From: a bacterium
GTDB lineage: Bacteria > Sysuimicrobiota > Sysuimicrobiia > Sysuimicrobiales > Humicultoraceae
Assembly (NCBI GenBank): GCA_041487495.1
Contig: JBGPNN010000001.1
Span: 1 to 43,465, forward strand
Direction of reading: 5' to 3'
DNA length: 43,465 nucleotides
Of this stretch, positions 9,780 through 17,750 are shown in pieces. The translations under genes were made by a program, and so were the position numbers. Under the pieces are notes generated by a model, which saw only the letters and a list, made by a program, of their open reading frames with translations, was not told where the DNA came from and made no database searches. How positions within the stretch are numbered: the first letter of the stretch is position 1; each line of letters starts with the position of its first letter.

Positions 9780-12758
9780 ATGTCGTTCGACCGCATTGTT
9801 GTTCGCGGCGCCCGCGAGCATAACCTCAAGAGTATCACCGTCGAGATCCCTCGCGACCGCATGGTCGTGCTGACCGGCATTTCCGGGTCCGGCAAATCCT
9901 CGCTGGCATTCGATACCATCTACGCGGAGGGGCAACGGAAGTATGTCGAGTCGCTCTCCGCGTACGCCCGGCAGTTCTTGGGGCTGATGGAGAAGCCCGA
10001 CGTCGACGGCATCGACGGCCTTTCGCCGGCGGTCTCGATCGATCAGAAGGGCGCGCCCCGGAACCCGCGGTCCACTGTAGGTACAGTGACCGAGATCTAC
10101 GACTACCTCAGGCTGCTCTACGCGCGCGTCGGTGTGCCGCACTGTCCCACGTGCGGGCGGCCGATCAGCCGGCAGACGCGCGAGCAGATCGTCGACCAGG
10201 TGCTGGGCCTGGGTGAGGGCACGCGGGTCCAGGTCCTGGGTCCGATCGTCCGCGGCCGGAAGGGTGAATACCGGCAGCTGTTCGACGATCTGCGGCGCCA
10301 GGGGTTCGCCCGCGTGCGCGCCGACGGGAGCGTCTACGATCTTTCGGAAGAGATCCCGCTCGACAAGAACAAGAAGCACGATATCGAAGTCGTCGTCGAC
10401 CGCCTCGTCGTGAACGCCGACGTCCGCTCGCGCCTGGCCGATTCGGTTGAGACGGCGCTCAAGCTCGGCCAGGGGCTGGTCTACGTTGACGTGATTCCCA
10501 ACGGCGAGGCGGCGGGTCGCGTGTCACGCGGTCGTGTGCAGTCGCCGCGCGGCGGCCCTGACGGTGCCGACGATGGCCTGCTGGTCTTTAGCCAGCAGTT
10601 CGCCTGCCCGGATCACGGGACGGTCCTGCCCGAGATCGAGCCGCGCGTCTTCTCATTTAACAGTCCCTACGGCGCGTGTCCGACGTGCACGGGCCTGGGT
10701 TTCAAGCAGGAGATTGACGAGGATCTGGTGCTCGACCGCGATAAGAGCCTGCTCGACGGTGCCGTACTCCCCTGGGCGGCATCCACCAGCGAGTACTATC
10801 AGGAACTGCTGCAGTCGCTGGCCGCGCACTTCAAGGTCGACATGAAGACGCCGGCGCGCAAGCTGCCCAAGACGTTTCTCGATGTGCTGCTGCACGGATC
10901 TGACACGTCCATACGCGTGCGCTATCACAACAAATGGGGCGTGCTGCGTAACTATGATATGACGTTTGACGGTGTGCTCAATCAGCTCGAGCGCCGTTAC
11001 AAGGAGACCGACTCCGAATACGTCAGGGAAGAGATCGAACAGTATATGACGAGCCTGCCGTGCCCGGACTGCAAAGGCACGCGGCTCAAGCCCGAATCCC
11101 TCAGCGTCAGAGTCGGTGGCAAGAACATCGCCGAGGCGACGGCGCTGGACGTGCGGCAGGCTCTGGAGTTCTTCACGACACTGCAGTTCTCCGAGCGCGA
11201 GCGCCTGATCGCTCAGCAGATCATGAAGGAGATCAAGGCGCGGCTGAGCTTCCTGGTCAACGTGGGTCTCGAGTACCTTACCCTTGACCGGACGGCGAAC
11301 ACGCTGTCCGGTGGCGAAGCCCAGCGCATTCGTTTGGCCACACAGATCGGTAGCGGCCTCATGGGTGTCCTGTACGTGTTGGATGAACCGAGTATCGGTC
11401 TGCACCAGCGCGACAACAAGCGCCTCATCACAACCTTGATGGGGCTGCGCGACCTCGGCAACACCATTTTGGTTGTCGAGCACGATGAAGAAACGATTCG
11501 GTCGGCGGATTGGGTGGTGGACATCGGCCCGGGCGCCGGCGCTGACGGCGGCCACGTCGTCGTCTCCGGGACGCCTGAGACTGTGGCGAAACATCCAGCG
11601 TCGATCACAGGGCAGTATCTCTCCGGCCGGCGCCGCATCGGCATTCCGGCGCGGAGACGCTCGGGGTCAGGCCAGGCCCTGCTGGTCCGAGGCGCGCGGC
11701 AGCATAATCTCAAGGGCATTGACGTGCGTATCCCCCTGGGCGTCTTCGTCGCGGTGACCGGCGTCTCGGGGTCGGGGAAATCGACCCTTGTCGACGAAAT
11801 TCTGTACCGTGCGCTCAGCAACCACTTGTACAACACGCGGATCCGCCCCGGCGCGCACGACCGCGTCGAGGGGCTCGAACACGTGGACAAGGTCATCGAG
11901 ATCGACCAGTCGCCAATCGGCCGCACGCCGCGCAGCAACCCGGCGACATACACGAAGACGTTCGACCTGGTCCGTGACCTGTTCGCGCAGACCTCGGAAG
12001 CCAAGGTGCGTGGCTACGGGCCGGGCCGGTTTTCGTTCAACGTGCGAGGCGGGCGCTGCGAGGCGTGTGAAGGTGACGGCATTGTGCGGATCGAGATGCA
12101 CTTTTTGCCCGACGTGTATGTGCCGTGCGAGGTCTGCAAGGGCAAGCGGTACAATCGCGAGACGCTGGAAGTCACCTACCGCGGCAAGAATATCAGCGGG
12201 GTTCTGGACCTGACGGTCAGTGAGGCGCTGATATTCTTCGAGGCGATCCCGCGCATTCGCCGTAAACTGCAAACGCTGGGCGACGTCGGCCTCGGCTACG
12301 TCAGGCTCGGTCAGCCGGCCACCACGTTGTCCGGCGGCGAAGCCCAACGCGTCAAACTGGCGACGGAACTCTCCCGGCGGGACACGGGCCAGACCGTCTA
12401 CATACTGGACGAGCCCACGGTGGGCCTTCATTTCGCCGACGTCGAGCGCCTGCTGGGGGTACTGCACCGATTGGTCGATGCCGGCAACACCATCATCGTC
12501 ATCGAGCACAACCTGGATGTCATCAAGACCGCGGACTGGATCGTCGATCTGGGACCCGAGGGTGGTGAGTACGGCGGCGAGGTTATTGCCGAGGGCACGC
12601 CCGAACACGTGGCCCGTACGACCCGTTCGTACACCGGGCAGTTCCTCCGCCGGATGCTGGGGAGCGGGGCCGCCCGCGGAAACGGCGCCGCGGCCGGGCG
12701 GGGCCAGACGGCCGGGCGGGTCTCAGGTCGCACGGCACGTTCGGCGGCGCGTCGCTAG
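9780..12758 (+). CDS. uvrA: Excinuclease ABC subunit A
   Basis: Start set at ATG 9780 ([17 protein letters not shown]), behind GAGGAG at 9767-9772. Two ABC modules are present ([26 protein letters not shown] twice). CxxC zinc modules are present. The tracked ORF opens at 9663, inside the uvrB tail. Confidence 0.97.
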   Translation: MSFDRIVVRGAREHNLKSITVEIPRDRMVVLTGISGSGKSSLAFDTIYAEGQRKYVESLSAYARQFLGLMEKPDVDGIDGLSPAVSIDQKGAPRNPRSTVGTVTEIYDYLRLLYARVGVPHCPTCGRPISRQTREQIVDQVLGLGEGTRVQVLGPIVRGRKGEYRQLFDDLRRQGFARVRADGSVYDLSEEIPLDKNKKHDIEVVVDRLVVNADVRSRLADSVETALKLGQGLVYVDVIPNGEAAGRVSRGRVQSPRGGPDGADDGLLVFSQQFACPDHGTVLPEIEPRVFSFNSPYGACPTCTGLGFKQEIDEDLVLDRDKSLLDGAVLPWAASTSEYYQELLQSLAAHFKVDMKTPARKLPKTFLDVLLHGSDTSIRVRYHNKWGVLRNYDMTFDGVLNQLERRYKETDSEYVREEIEQYMTSLPCPDCKGTRLKPESLSVRVGGKNIAEATALDVRQALEFFTTLQFSERERLIAQQIMKEIKARLSFLVNVGLEYLTLDRTANTLSGGEAQRIRLATQIGSGLMGVLYVLDEPSIGLHQRDNKRLITTLMGLRDLGNTILVVEHDEETIRSADWVVDIGPGAGADGGHVVVSGTPETVAKHPASITGQYLSGRRRIGIPARRRSGSGQALLVRGARQHNLKGIDVRIPLGVFVAVTGVSGSGKSTLVDEILYRALSNHLYNTRIRPGAHDRVEGLEHVDKVIEIDQSPIGRTPRSNPATYTKTFDLVRDLFAQTSEAKVRGYGPGRFSFNVRGGRCEACEGDGIVRIEMHFLPDVYVPCEVCKGKRYNRETLEVTYRGKNISGVLDLTVSEALIFFEAIPRIRRKLQTLGDVGLGYVRLGQPATTLSGGEAQRVKLATELSRRDTGQTVYILDEPTVGLHFADVERLLGVLHRLVDAGNTIIVIEHNLDVIKTADWIVDLGPEGGEYGGEVIAEGTPEHVARTTRSYTGQFLRRMLGSGAARGNGAAAGRGQTAGRVSGRTARSAARR

Positions 12759-12778
12759 CCCCGGCCCGCCGAAGCCGC

Positions 12779-14653
12779 ATGACGTCCGAGGCGATTCGAG
12801 CCACGCTCCAGCTTCTGCCGACGCGGCCCGGCGTTTACCTGATGAAGGACGCCGCGGGTCGAGTGCTCTACGTGGGCAAGGCGGCCTCCTTGCGTGCGCG
12901 TGTCCGGCAGTACTTTCAGGATCCGGAATCCCAGGCCAACCCTCGGCTGCGCGTGCTGGTACCAAAGATTGTCGACGTCGACACGATCGTTACGGCGAAC
13001 GAGGTCGAAGCCCTCATCCTGGAGACCAACCTCATCAAACAGCATCAGCCGCCGTTCAACGTGCGGATGGCGGATGACAAAGCCTACCCGTACGTGAAGC
13101 TGACCCACGAACCGTTTCCGAAGATCATCATGACGCGCAAAGTCCTGCGTGACGGCGCCCGGTACTTCGGTCCCTATCCCTACCACGAGCCCAAGCTGGT
13201 CGGCCGGACGATCCGGACGATCCGCAAGCTCTTCAAACTACGCACGTGTACCATCGAGATCACCGGGGACCTCCCGCGTCCCTGCCTCGACTACGACATG
13301 GGACTGTGCTCGGCACCATGTGTCGCATGGGGTGCATCGGCCGACGCGTATCAGGAACAACTGCGCCAGGCCGCGCTTTTCCTCGATGGCCGGCAGACCA
13401 GTCTCCTCGACGAGCTCCGAGCGGAGATGGCAGACGCCGCCGAGGGGCTGCAGTTCGAGCGCGCCGCGCAACTGCGTGATCAAATCCAGGCCATGGAAGC
13501 CATCGCCGAACCCCAGCGCATCGCGAGCGGCGGCCTGGAGAATCGCGACATCGCCGCCGTAGCGCAGTCGGGCGACCTGGCCTGCGTCGAGATGATCACG
13601 ATCCGCGGCGGCCGCATCCAGGATCAGCAGCACGTGTTGATTGCCGGCACGCGTGGGCTGGAGCCGAAGGAGATCCTCTCGCAGGTGCTGGCGCGGCACT
13701 ATAGCGACCTGCCCGTTCTGCCGGGCGAGGTCCTGGTCGGCGAAGAGATCGACGACCGCGCCGCGCTCGCGGCATGGCTGACCGAACGCCGGGGAGCGAA
13801 GGTGGACGTGGCGGTGCCGCAGCGTGGGAACAGGCGGCGGCTGGTGGAACTCGCGCGCGAGAACGCCGCGCTCTACCTACACCAGGCGCACGCCCGCGAA
13901 GCGGGTCCGGCCGGGGCGGGTGTCGCCGATCTGCAGGAGGCGCTCTCCCTCGAATCCGCACCGTTTCGGGTCGAGGGCTACGATGTCAGTCACTTCCAGG
14001 CCGGAGAGGCGGTGGGGGCGATGGTCGTCTTCGAGGCCGGCCGCGCGCGCAAGCCTGACTACCGCCAGTTCCGGATGCGGGCGGCCGGGGGCGGTGATGA
14101 CTACGCGGCGTTGCAGGAGATGCTGCGGCGCCGTTTCGCACGGGCCCGCGAGGAGCAGGAGAAGATCGATCGCGACGAGCCGATCCGTCCCCGCTGGTCG
14201 GTGCTGCCCGATCTGGTCCTGATCGACGGCGGCCGCGGGCAATTGAACGCCGCGCGTGGGGTCCTCTTCGAGTACAACGTGACGGTGCCGGCGGTCGCGC
14301 TGGCCAAGGAACAGGAGGAACTTTACCTGATCGATCGTCCCGATCCGATTCGCCTGCGACCGGAATCCGAAGCGCTGCAGCTTGTCCAGCGGGTGCGGGA
14401 CGAGGCACACCGTTTCTCCAACATCGCGGGCCGACGGCTGCGGGAACGGCGCATCGTCTTCTCGGTCCTGGACGACATCCCAGGGATTGGGGAGCGGCGG
14501 AAACGAGACTTGATTCGTCGCTTCGGTTCGGTGCGAGGGGTGCGGGTCGCACCAGTCGAGACACTGACCGACGTCCTGGGACCGAAGCTCGCGCAGAGAG
14601 TGGCCCGCTACCTGGCCGAGCATCCCGATCCACGTGACGCTGCTGGTGCTTGA
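12779..14653 (+). CDS. uvrC: Excinuclease ABC subunit C
   Basis: A GIY-YIG N-terminus is present (PGVYLMKDAAGRVLYVGKA...NEVEALILETNLIKQHQPPFN). A UVR domain is present (LQFERAAQLRDQIQAME). The C-terminal endonuclease/HhH part is present (LDDIPGIGERRKRDLIRRFGS). Confidence 0.95.
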   Translation: MTSEAIRATLQLLPTRPGVYLMKDAAGRVLYVGKAASLRARVRQYFQDPESQANPRLRVLVPKIVDVDTIVTANEVEALILETNLIKQHQPPFNVRMADDKAYPYVKLTHEPFPKIIMTRKVLRDGARYFGPYPYHEPKLVGRTIRTIRKLFKLRTCTIEITGDLPRPCLDYDMGLCSAPCVAWGASADAYQEQLRQAALFLDGRQTSLLDELRAEMADAAEGLQFERAAQLRDQIQAMEAIAEPQRIASGGLENRDIAAVAQSGDLACVEMITIRGGRIQDQQHVLIAGTRGLEPKEILSQVLARHYSDLPVLPGEVLVGEEIDDRAALAAWLTERRGAKVDVAVPQRGNRRRLVELARENAALYLHQAHAREAGPAGAGVADLQEALSLESAPFRVEGYDVSHFQAGEAVGAMVVFEAGRARKPDYRQFRMRAAGGGDDYAALQEMLRRRFARAREEQEKIDRDEPIRPRWSVLPDLVLIDGGRGQLNAARGVLFEYNVTVPAVALAKEQEELYLIDRPDPIRLRPESEALQLVQRVRDEAHRFSNIAGRRLRERRIVFSVLDDIPGIGERRKRDLIRRFGSVRGVRVAPVETLTDVLGPKLAQRVARYLAEHPDPRDAAGA

Positions 14654-14698
14654 CACCGTACCTGACGGCATCTACCATATAGCCATAAATAAGGCTAT
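14650..14698 (+). promoter_or_regulatory. Sigma-70-type promoter plus palindromic candidate operator in front of the Phd::Ogt gene
   Basis: TTGACA at 14650-14655, a 17-nt spacer, then TACCAT at 14673-14678. The inverted repeat ATAGCC (14679-14684)-N8-GGCTAT (14693-14698) follows directly, in an AT-rich patch. AGGAGGA at 14700-14706 and ATG at 14715 come next. Confidence 0.5.
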
Positions 14699-14714
14699 TA
14701 GGAGGACCTCCGAC

Positions 14715-15452
14715 ATGCGCCTCGTCTCGACCGCCGAATTGAAGAACCAAACCAATGCAGTTTTGCGAACCGTCCTGACCGGTGAGCCCGTCGTCATCAC
14801 GCGATATGGCCGCGCCGTCGCGTCCCTGCTGCGGCTCGACGAAGCCGATCTGGGCCGGCTGGCCGCCGGCGGGGATCGCACCGACGCCGCGCCCGCGGCG
14901 AGAAGTCGCGGGCGCCGGTCCCGGGTTCACGCCGCCATCGGGCCGTTCGAGTATGCGGCGTTCCCGCAACCGTTTGGGACCTTCTACGTTGGCTTCGGTC
15001 CCGAGGGCCCGGTGTTTGCGCGCATCGCGCTCTCGCCGGCCGCGTTCGAGCGCGATGCCGCCCGCTATCTCGGCGCCCGCGTGCACCCGGTCCCCGCGCC
15101 AGGCTGGCTCACCGGGGCGGTGGAGTCGGCCATCCGGAAACACGAGGTGTTTCGCGGCCCCGTCGATCTGACGCGGGTTGGACCGTTCGAGCGTGAAGTC
15201 CTCGGGCTGCTCCGTCGCATTCCGGCCGGTGTCGTCAAGACCTATGGCGAAATCGCGAAAGCGGTGGGGCAGCCGGGGGCGGCCCGGGCGGTGGGGGCGG
15301 CGTGCGCCCGCAATCCGCTGCCGCTGCTGATTCCCTGTCATCGCGTCGTGCGCAGCGATGGGGGTCTCGGTGGATACTCGCTGCGCGGGGGCGTCTCACT
15401 CAAGCGCCGCCTGCTCGAAGCCGAAGGCGCCCTGCCCTCACTGCTCGACTGA
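14715..15452 (+). CDS. ogt: Methylated-DNA-protein-cysteine methyltransferase (Ogt/MGMT) with an N-terminal Phd/YefM antitoxin-like domain
   Basis: The N-terminal 45 aa (MRLVSTAELKNQTNAVLRTVLTGEPVVITRYGRAVASLLRLDEADL) look like a Phd/YefM antitoxin. The C-terminal part is a complete MGMT, with FEREVLGLLRRIPAGVVKTYGEIA and the active-site motif IPCHRVV. The tracked ORF opens at 14634. ATG 14715 has a strong SD. Confidence 0.8.
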   Translation: MRLVSTAELKNQTNAVLRTVLTGEPVVITRYGRAVASLLRLDEADLGRLAAGGDRTDAAPAARSRGRRSRVHAAIGPFEYAAFPQPFGTFYVGFGPEGPVFARIALSPAAFERDAARYLGARVHPVPAPGWLTGAVESAIRKHEVFRGPVDLTRVGPFEREVLGLLRRIPAGVVKTYGEIAKAVGQPGAARAVGAACARNPLPLLIPCHRVVRSDGGLGGYSLRGGVSLKRRLLEAEGALPSLLD

Positions 15453-15545
15453 TCGGTCTCACGGAGGGACCTACTGATTTCAACGGCAGACGCCGCGCCC
15501 GCATCCGTCGAAGACCAGGCGCCGCACGCGGTCGTCCTCGAAGAT

Positions 15546-16328
15546 GTGACCCGGCGATTCCCGGCCACACGGGCGGCCCAACGCGATGAGGTCCTGGCGC
15601 TGGACCATGTCAGTCTCACCGTGCAGGTCGGAACGGTGTTTGGCCTCCTTGGGCCTAACGGTGCCGGGAAGACGACATTGCTGCGCATCGTGAGCACGCT
15701 CCTCGCGCCCTCCGGTGGGCGCGTCCGGGTGCTCGGCTACAACGCGGTCCGGCACCCCGAGCCCGTCAGGCGGCGGATTGGGGTTGTCCTGGGCGGCGAA
15801 CGCTCCGTATACTGGCGCCTGACTGGGCGGGAGAATCTCCTGTATGCGGCCGCGCTGCACGATCTGCCCACGCGGGTCGCCAGTGAACGGACGGCGGAGC
15901 TGCTGGCCCTGGTCGGGCTTGTGGAACGCGCCGACGATCTCGTTGAACGTTACAGCAGCGGCATGCGGCAGCGCCTCGCATTGGCGCGCGCGTTGGTCCA
16001 CAATCCGGCGTTGATCATCCTCGACGAGCCGATGGCGGGACTCGATCCGCAGGCCGCCGCGGCGATGCGGACGTTGCTCGCCGCGCTGGGCCGCGACCGC
16101 CGCCGCACCATCGTGATGGCCACGCACCACCTCGGTGAGGCGGAACGTCTCTGCGGCGAAGTCGCGATCATCGATCGTGGCCGGGTGCTGGCCTGCGGCG
16201 CGCCACCGGCGCTGAAAGCCCGATGGGGCGCCGCCGCCGGCGGTGTCGAGGCCACGCTCGAAGATGTGTTCCTCGCCATCACCGGGCGTCCTATCGCCGC
16301 CGCGGACTCCGTGGAGTTGCTGCCGTGA
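15546..16328 (+). CDS. ABC transporter ATP-binding protein (ABC-2/drug-exporter type); true start probably upstream of the tracked GTG
   Basis: Walker A (GPNGAGKTT), the signature (YSSGMRQRLALA) and Walker B (LIILDEPMAGLD) are present. The conserved first strand VVLEDVTRRF begins upstream of GTG 15546. There is no adjacent permease gene. Confidence 0.85.
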   Translation: MTRRFPATRAAQRDEVLALDHVSLTVQVGTVFGLLGPNGAGKTTLLRIVSTLLAPSGGRVRVLGYNAVRHPEPVRRRIGVVLGGERSVYWRLTGRENLLYAAALHDLPTRVASERTAELLALVGLVERADDLVERYSSGMRQRLALARALVHNPALIILDEPMAGLDPQAAAAMRTLLAALGRDRRRTIVMATHHLGEAERLCGEVAIIDRGRVLACGAPPALKARWGAAAGGVEATLEDVFLAITGRPIAAADSVELLP

Positions 16329-16346
16329 CCGGCCCTGGCCTATAAT
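16317..16346 (+). promoter_or_regulatory. Candidate promoter of the tRNA cluster
   Basis: TTGCTG at 16317-16322, an 18-nt spacer, TATAAT at 16341-16346. The tRNA starts 20 nt downstream of the -10. Confidence 0.45.
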
Positions 16347-16365
16347 CGGGCTGTACATGGCGCGG

Positions 16366-16440
16366 GCGGGAGTAGCTCAGCGGTAGAGCGTCTCCTTGCC
16401 AAGGAGAAGGCCGTGGGTTCAAGTCCCATCTCCCGCTCCA
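16366..16440 (+). tRNA. tRNA-Gly (GCC), CCA encoded
   Basis: Acceptor stem GCGGGAG/CTCCCGC. Anticodon stem TCTCC/GGAGA with loop TTGCCAA. T-arm GTGGG-TTCAAGT-CCCAT. Confidence 0.95.
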
Positions 16441-16447
16441 TGCACGG

Positions 16448-16522
16448 GGCGGCGTAGCCAAGAGGCAAGGCAGGGGTCTGCAAAACCCCCATACGCCGGT
16501 TCGAATCCGGCCGCCGCCTCCA
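16448..16522 (+). tRNA. tRNA-Cys (GCA), CCA encoded
   Basis: Acceptor stem GGCGGCG/CGCCGCC. Anticodon stem GGGGT/ACCCC with loop CTGCAAA. T-arm GCCGG-TTCGAAT-CCGGC. Confidence 0.95.
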
Positions 16523-16543
16523 CCGTTTGTCTTCGCGATTCCT

Positions 16544-16632
16544 GCCCAGGTGGCGAAACCGGCAAACGCGCGACACTTAAAATGTCGTCCTGCGAACGCA
16601 GGTTGTGGGTTCGACTCCCACCCTGGGCACCA
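16544..16632 (+). tRNA. tRNA-Leu (TAA), long variable arm, CCA encoded
   Basis: Acceptor stem GCCCAGG/CCTGGGC. Anticodon stem CGACA/TGTCG with loop CTTAAAA. Variable-arm hairpin CCTGCG-AA-CGCAGG. T-arm GTGGG-TTCGACT-CCCAC. Confidence 0.95.
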
Positions 16633-16639
16633 CGAGGAT

Positions 16640-16658
16640 TGAAACCTGGAGCGTTTCA
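16640..16658. terminator. Short hairpin between the convergent tRNA-Leu and the GGDEF gene
   Basis: TGAAAC at 16640-16645, a 7-nt loop, GTTTCA at 16653-16658. It overlaps the stop codon of the minus-strand gene. The stem is weak and there is no T-tract. Confidence 0.2.
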
Positions 16659-17648
16659 GCGATAGCGCGTGACGTCCGAGCCCTGTTCGCCGGGTTCGTC
16701 GGTCTCTCCCAATGCGCGATAGATCACGCGGTTCCGGCCGGCGGCCTTGGCCTGCAACAACGCCTGGTCGGCGGTCTCCAGCAGCGCCGTCGCGGCCACC
16801 GGTCCGTGGTTGGCGGGGTCATACGTCGAAATGCCGGCGGTGACCGTGAGTGCGATCTTGCCCTGCGGCGCCTCAACCGCGACTTCCGAGACCTTCCGGC
16901 GCAGCGATTCGGCGACTTCGATCGCGTTCTCCGGACCCGCGCCTGGCAGCACCCAGACGAACTCATCGCCGCCGTACCTGGCGGCCAGGTCGGTCCTGCG
17001 CGGCCGGCCTGAGAGGATGCGGCCAATCTGGCGCAGCGCCTCGTCACCGACCTGATGGCCGTGCGTATCATTGATCTGCTTAAACCCATCGAGGTCGATC
17101 ATGATCACCGACAGGACCTGACTGCTCCGCCGCGCCCGCTCTACCTCCAGGAAGAACTGCTCATCGAAGGACCGCCGGTTCGGGAGATCGGTCAGCGCAT
17201 CGTTGGTCGCCAACTGCTCGAGCATCTTGTTGGCGGCCTTGAGTTCGTCCTGGAGGAATTTGACCCGCAAGGCGGCCCTGACGCGCGCGATCAGCTCCGT
17301 GGCGTCAAACGGCTTCGGGATGTAGTCATGCGCCCCTATTTCGAGCCCCTTGATGCGGCTTTCGACCTCGGAGCGGGCCGTGAGGAGGACCACCGGAATG
17401 TCGCGAACCTCGGGGTCTTCCTTTAACTGCTGGCACACCGTGAACCCGTCCAGGTCAGGCATCATGACGTCCACCATGATCAGGTCCGGCATCTGTTCCC
17501 GGGCCGTTTTCAAGACGTCCGTGCCGCCGGTGAGGGTGATCACCTGGCAGCCGAAAGACTCCAGCCGCTGCCTCAAGAGGCGGAGAATCGACGGCTCGTC
17601 GTCGACGACGAGCAGTCTCGGGGGTTTGGGGCCAACGGAGAGCGCCAT
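16656..17648 (-). CDS. Response regulator with GGDEF output (PleD-like diguanylate cyclase)
   Basis: Start set at the internal ATG 17648 (MALSVGPKPPRLLVVDDEPSILRLL). The REC domain is present (DLIMVDVMMPDLDG). The active-site motif RYGGDEF is present. An RxxD I-site (RRTD) lies 5 residues upstream of it. The tracked ORF opens at 17774. Confidence 0.9.
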   Translation of the reverse strand: MALSVGPKPPRLLVVDDEPSILRLLRQRLESFGCQVITLTGGTDVLKTAREQMPDLIMVDVMMPDLDGFTVCQQLKEDPEVRDIPVVLLTARSEVESRIKGLEIGAHDYIPKPFDATELIARVRAALRVKFLQDELKAANKMLEQLATNDALTDLPNRRSFDEQFFLEVERARRSSQVLSVIMIDLDGFKQINDTHGHQVGDEALRQIGRILSGRPRRTDLAARYGGDEFVWVLPGAGPENAIEVAESLRRKVSEVAVEAPQGKIALTVTAGISTYDPANHGPVAATALLETADQALLQAKAAGRNRVIYRALGETDEPGEQGSDVTRYR

Positions 17649-17750
17649 AGGTTGGCATGGGGTTCGGCGCTTTCCATGAGGTCTCCTTTGCCGCTCCGAT
17701 GGGCATGAAACATACCGGAAGTTACGGGCAGGTTTCCTGGAACCTGGGAG

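Noticed and set aside
14715-14870. Stand-alone type II toxin-antitoxin module
   Set aside because: The Phd/YefM-like segment is in frame with, and continuous into, the Ogt domain. No Doc/YoeB/RelE-like toxin ORF follows. It is therefore treated as a domain fusion, not a TA pair.
13986-15341. 451-aa minus-strand ORF spanning the uvrC end and the ogt gene
   Set aside because: It has the same Arg/Pro/Gly-rich shadow composition. It overlaps two confidently identified plus-strand genes and their intergenic promoter.
16340-16665. ORFs 16340-16576 (minus) and 16396-16665 (plus) over the tRNA cluster
   Set aside because: The region folds into three canonical tRNAs with encoded CCA ends. The ORFs are incidental.
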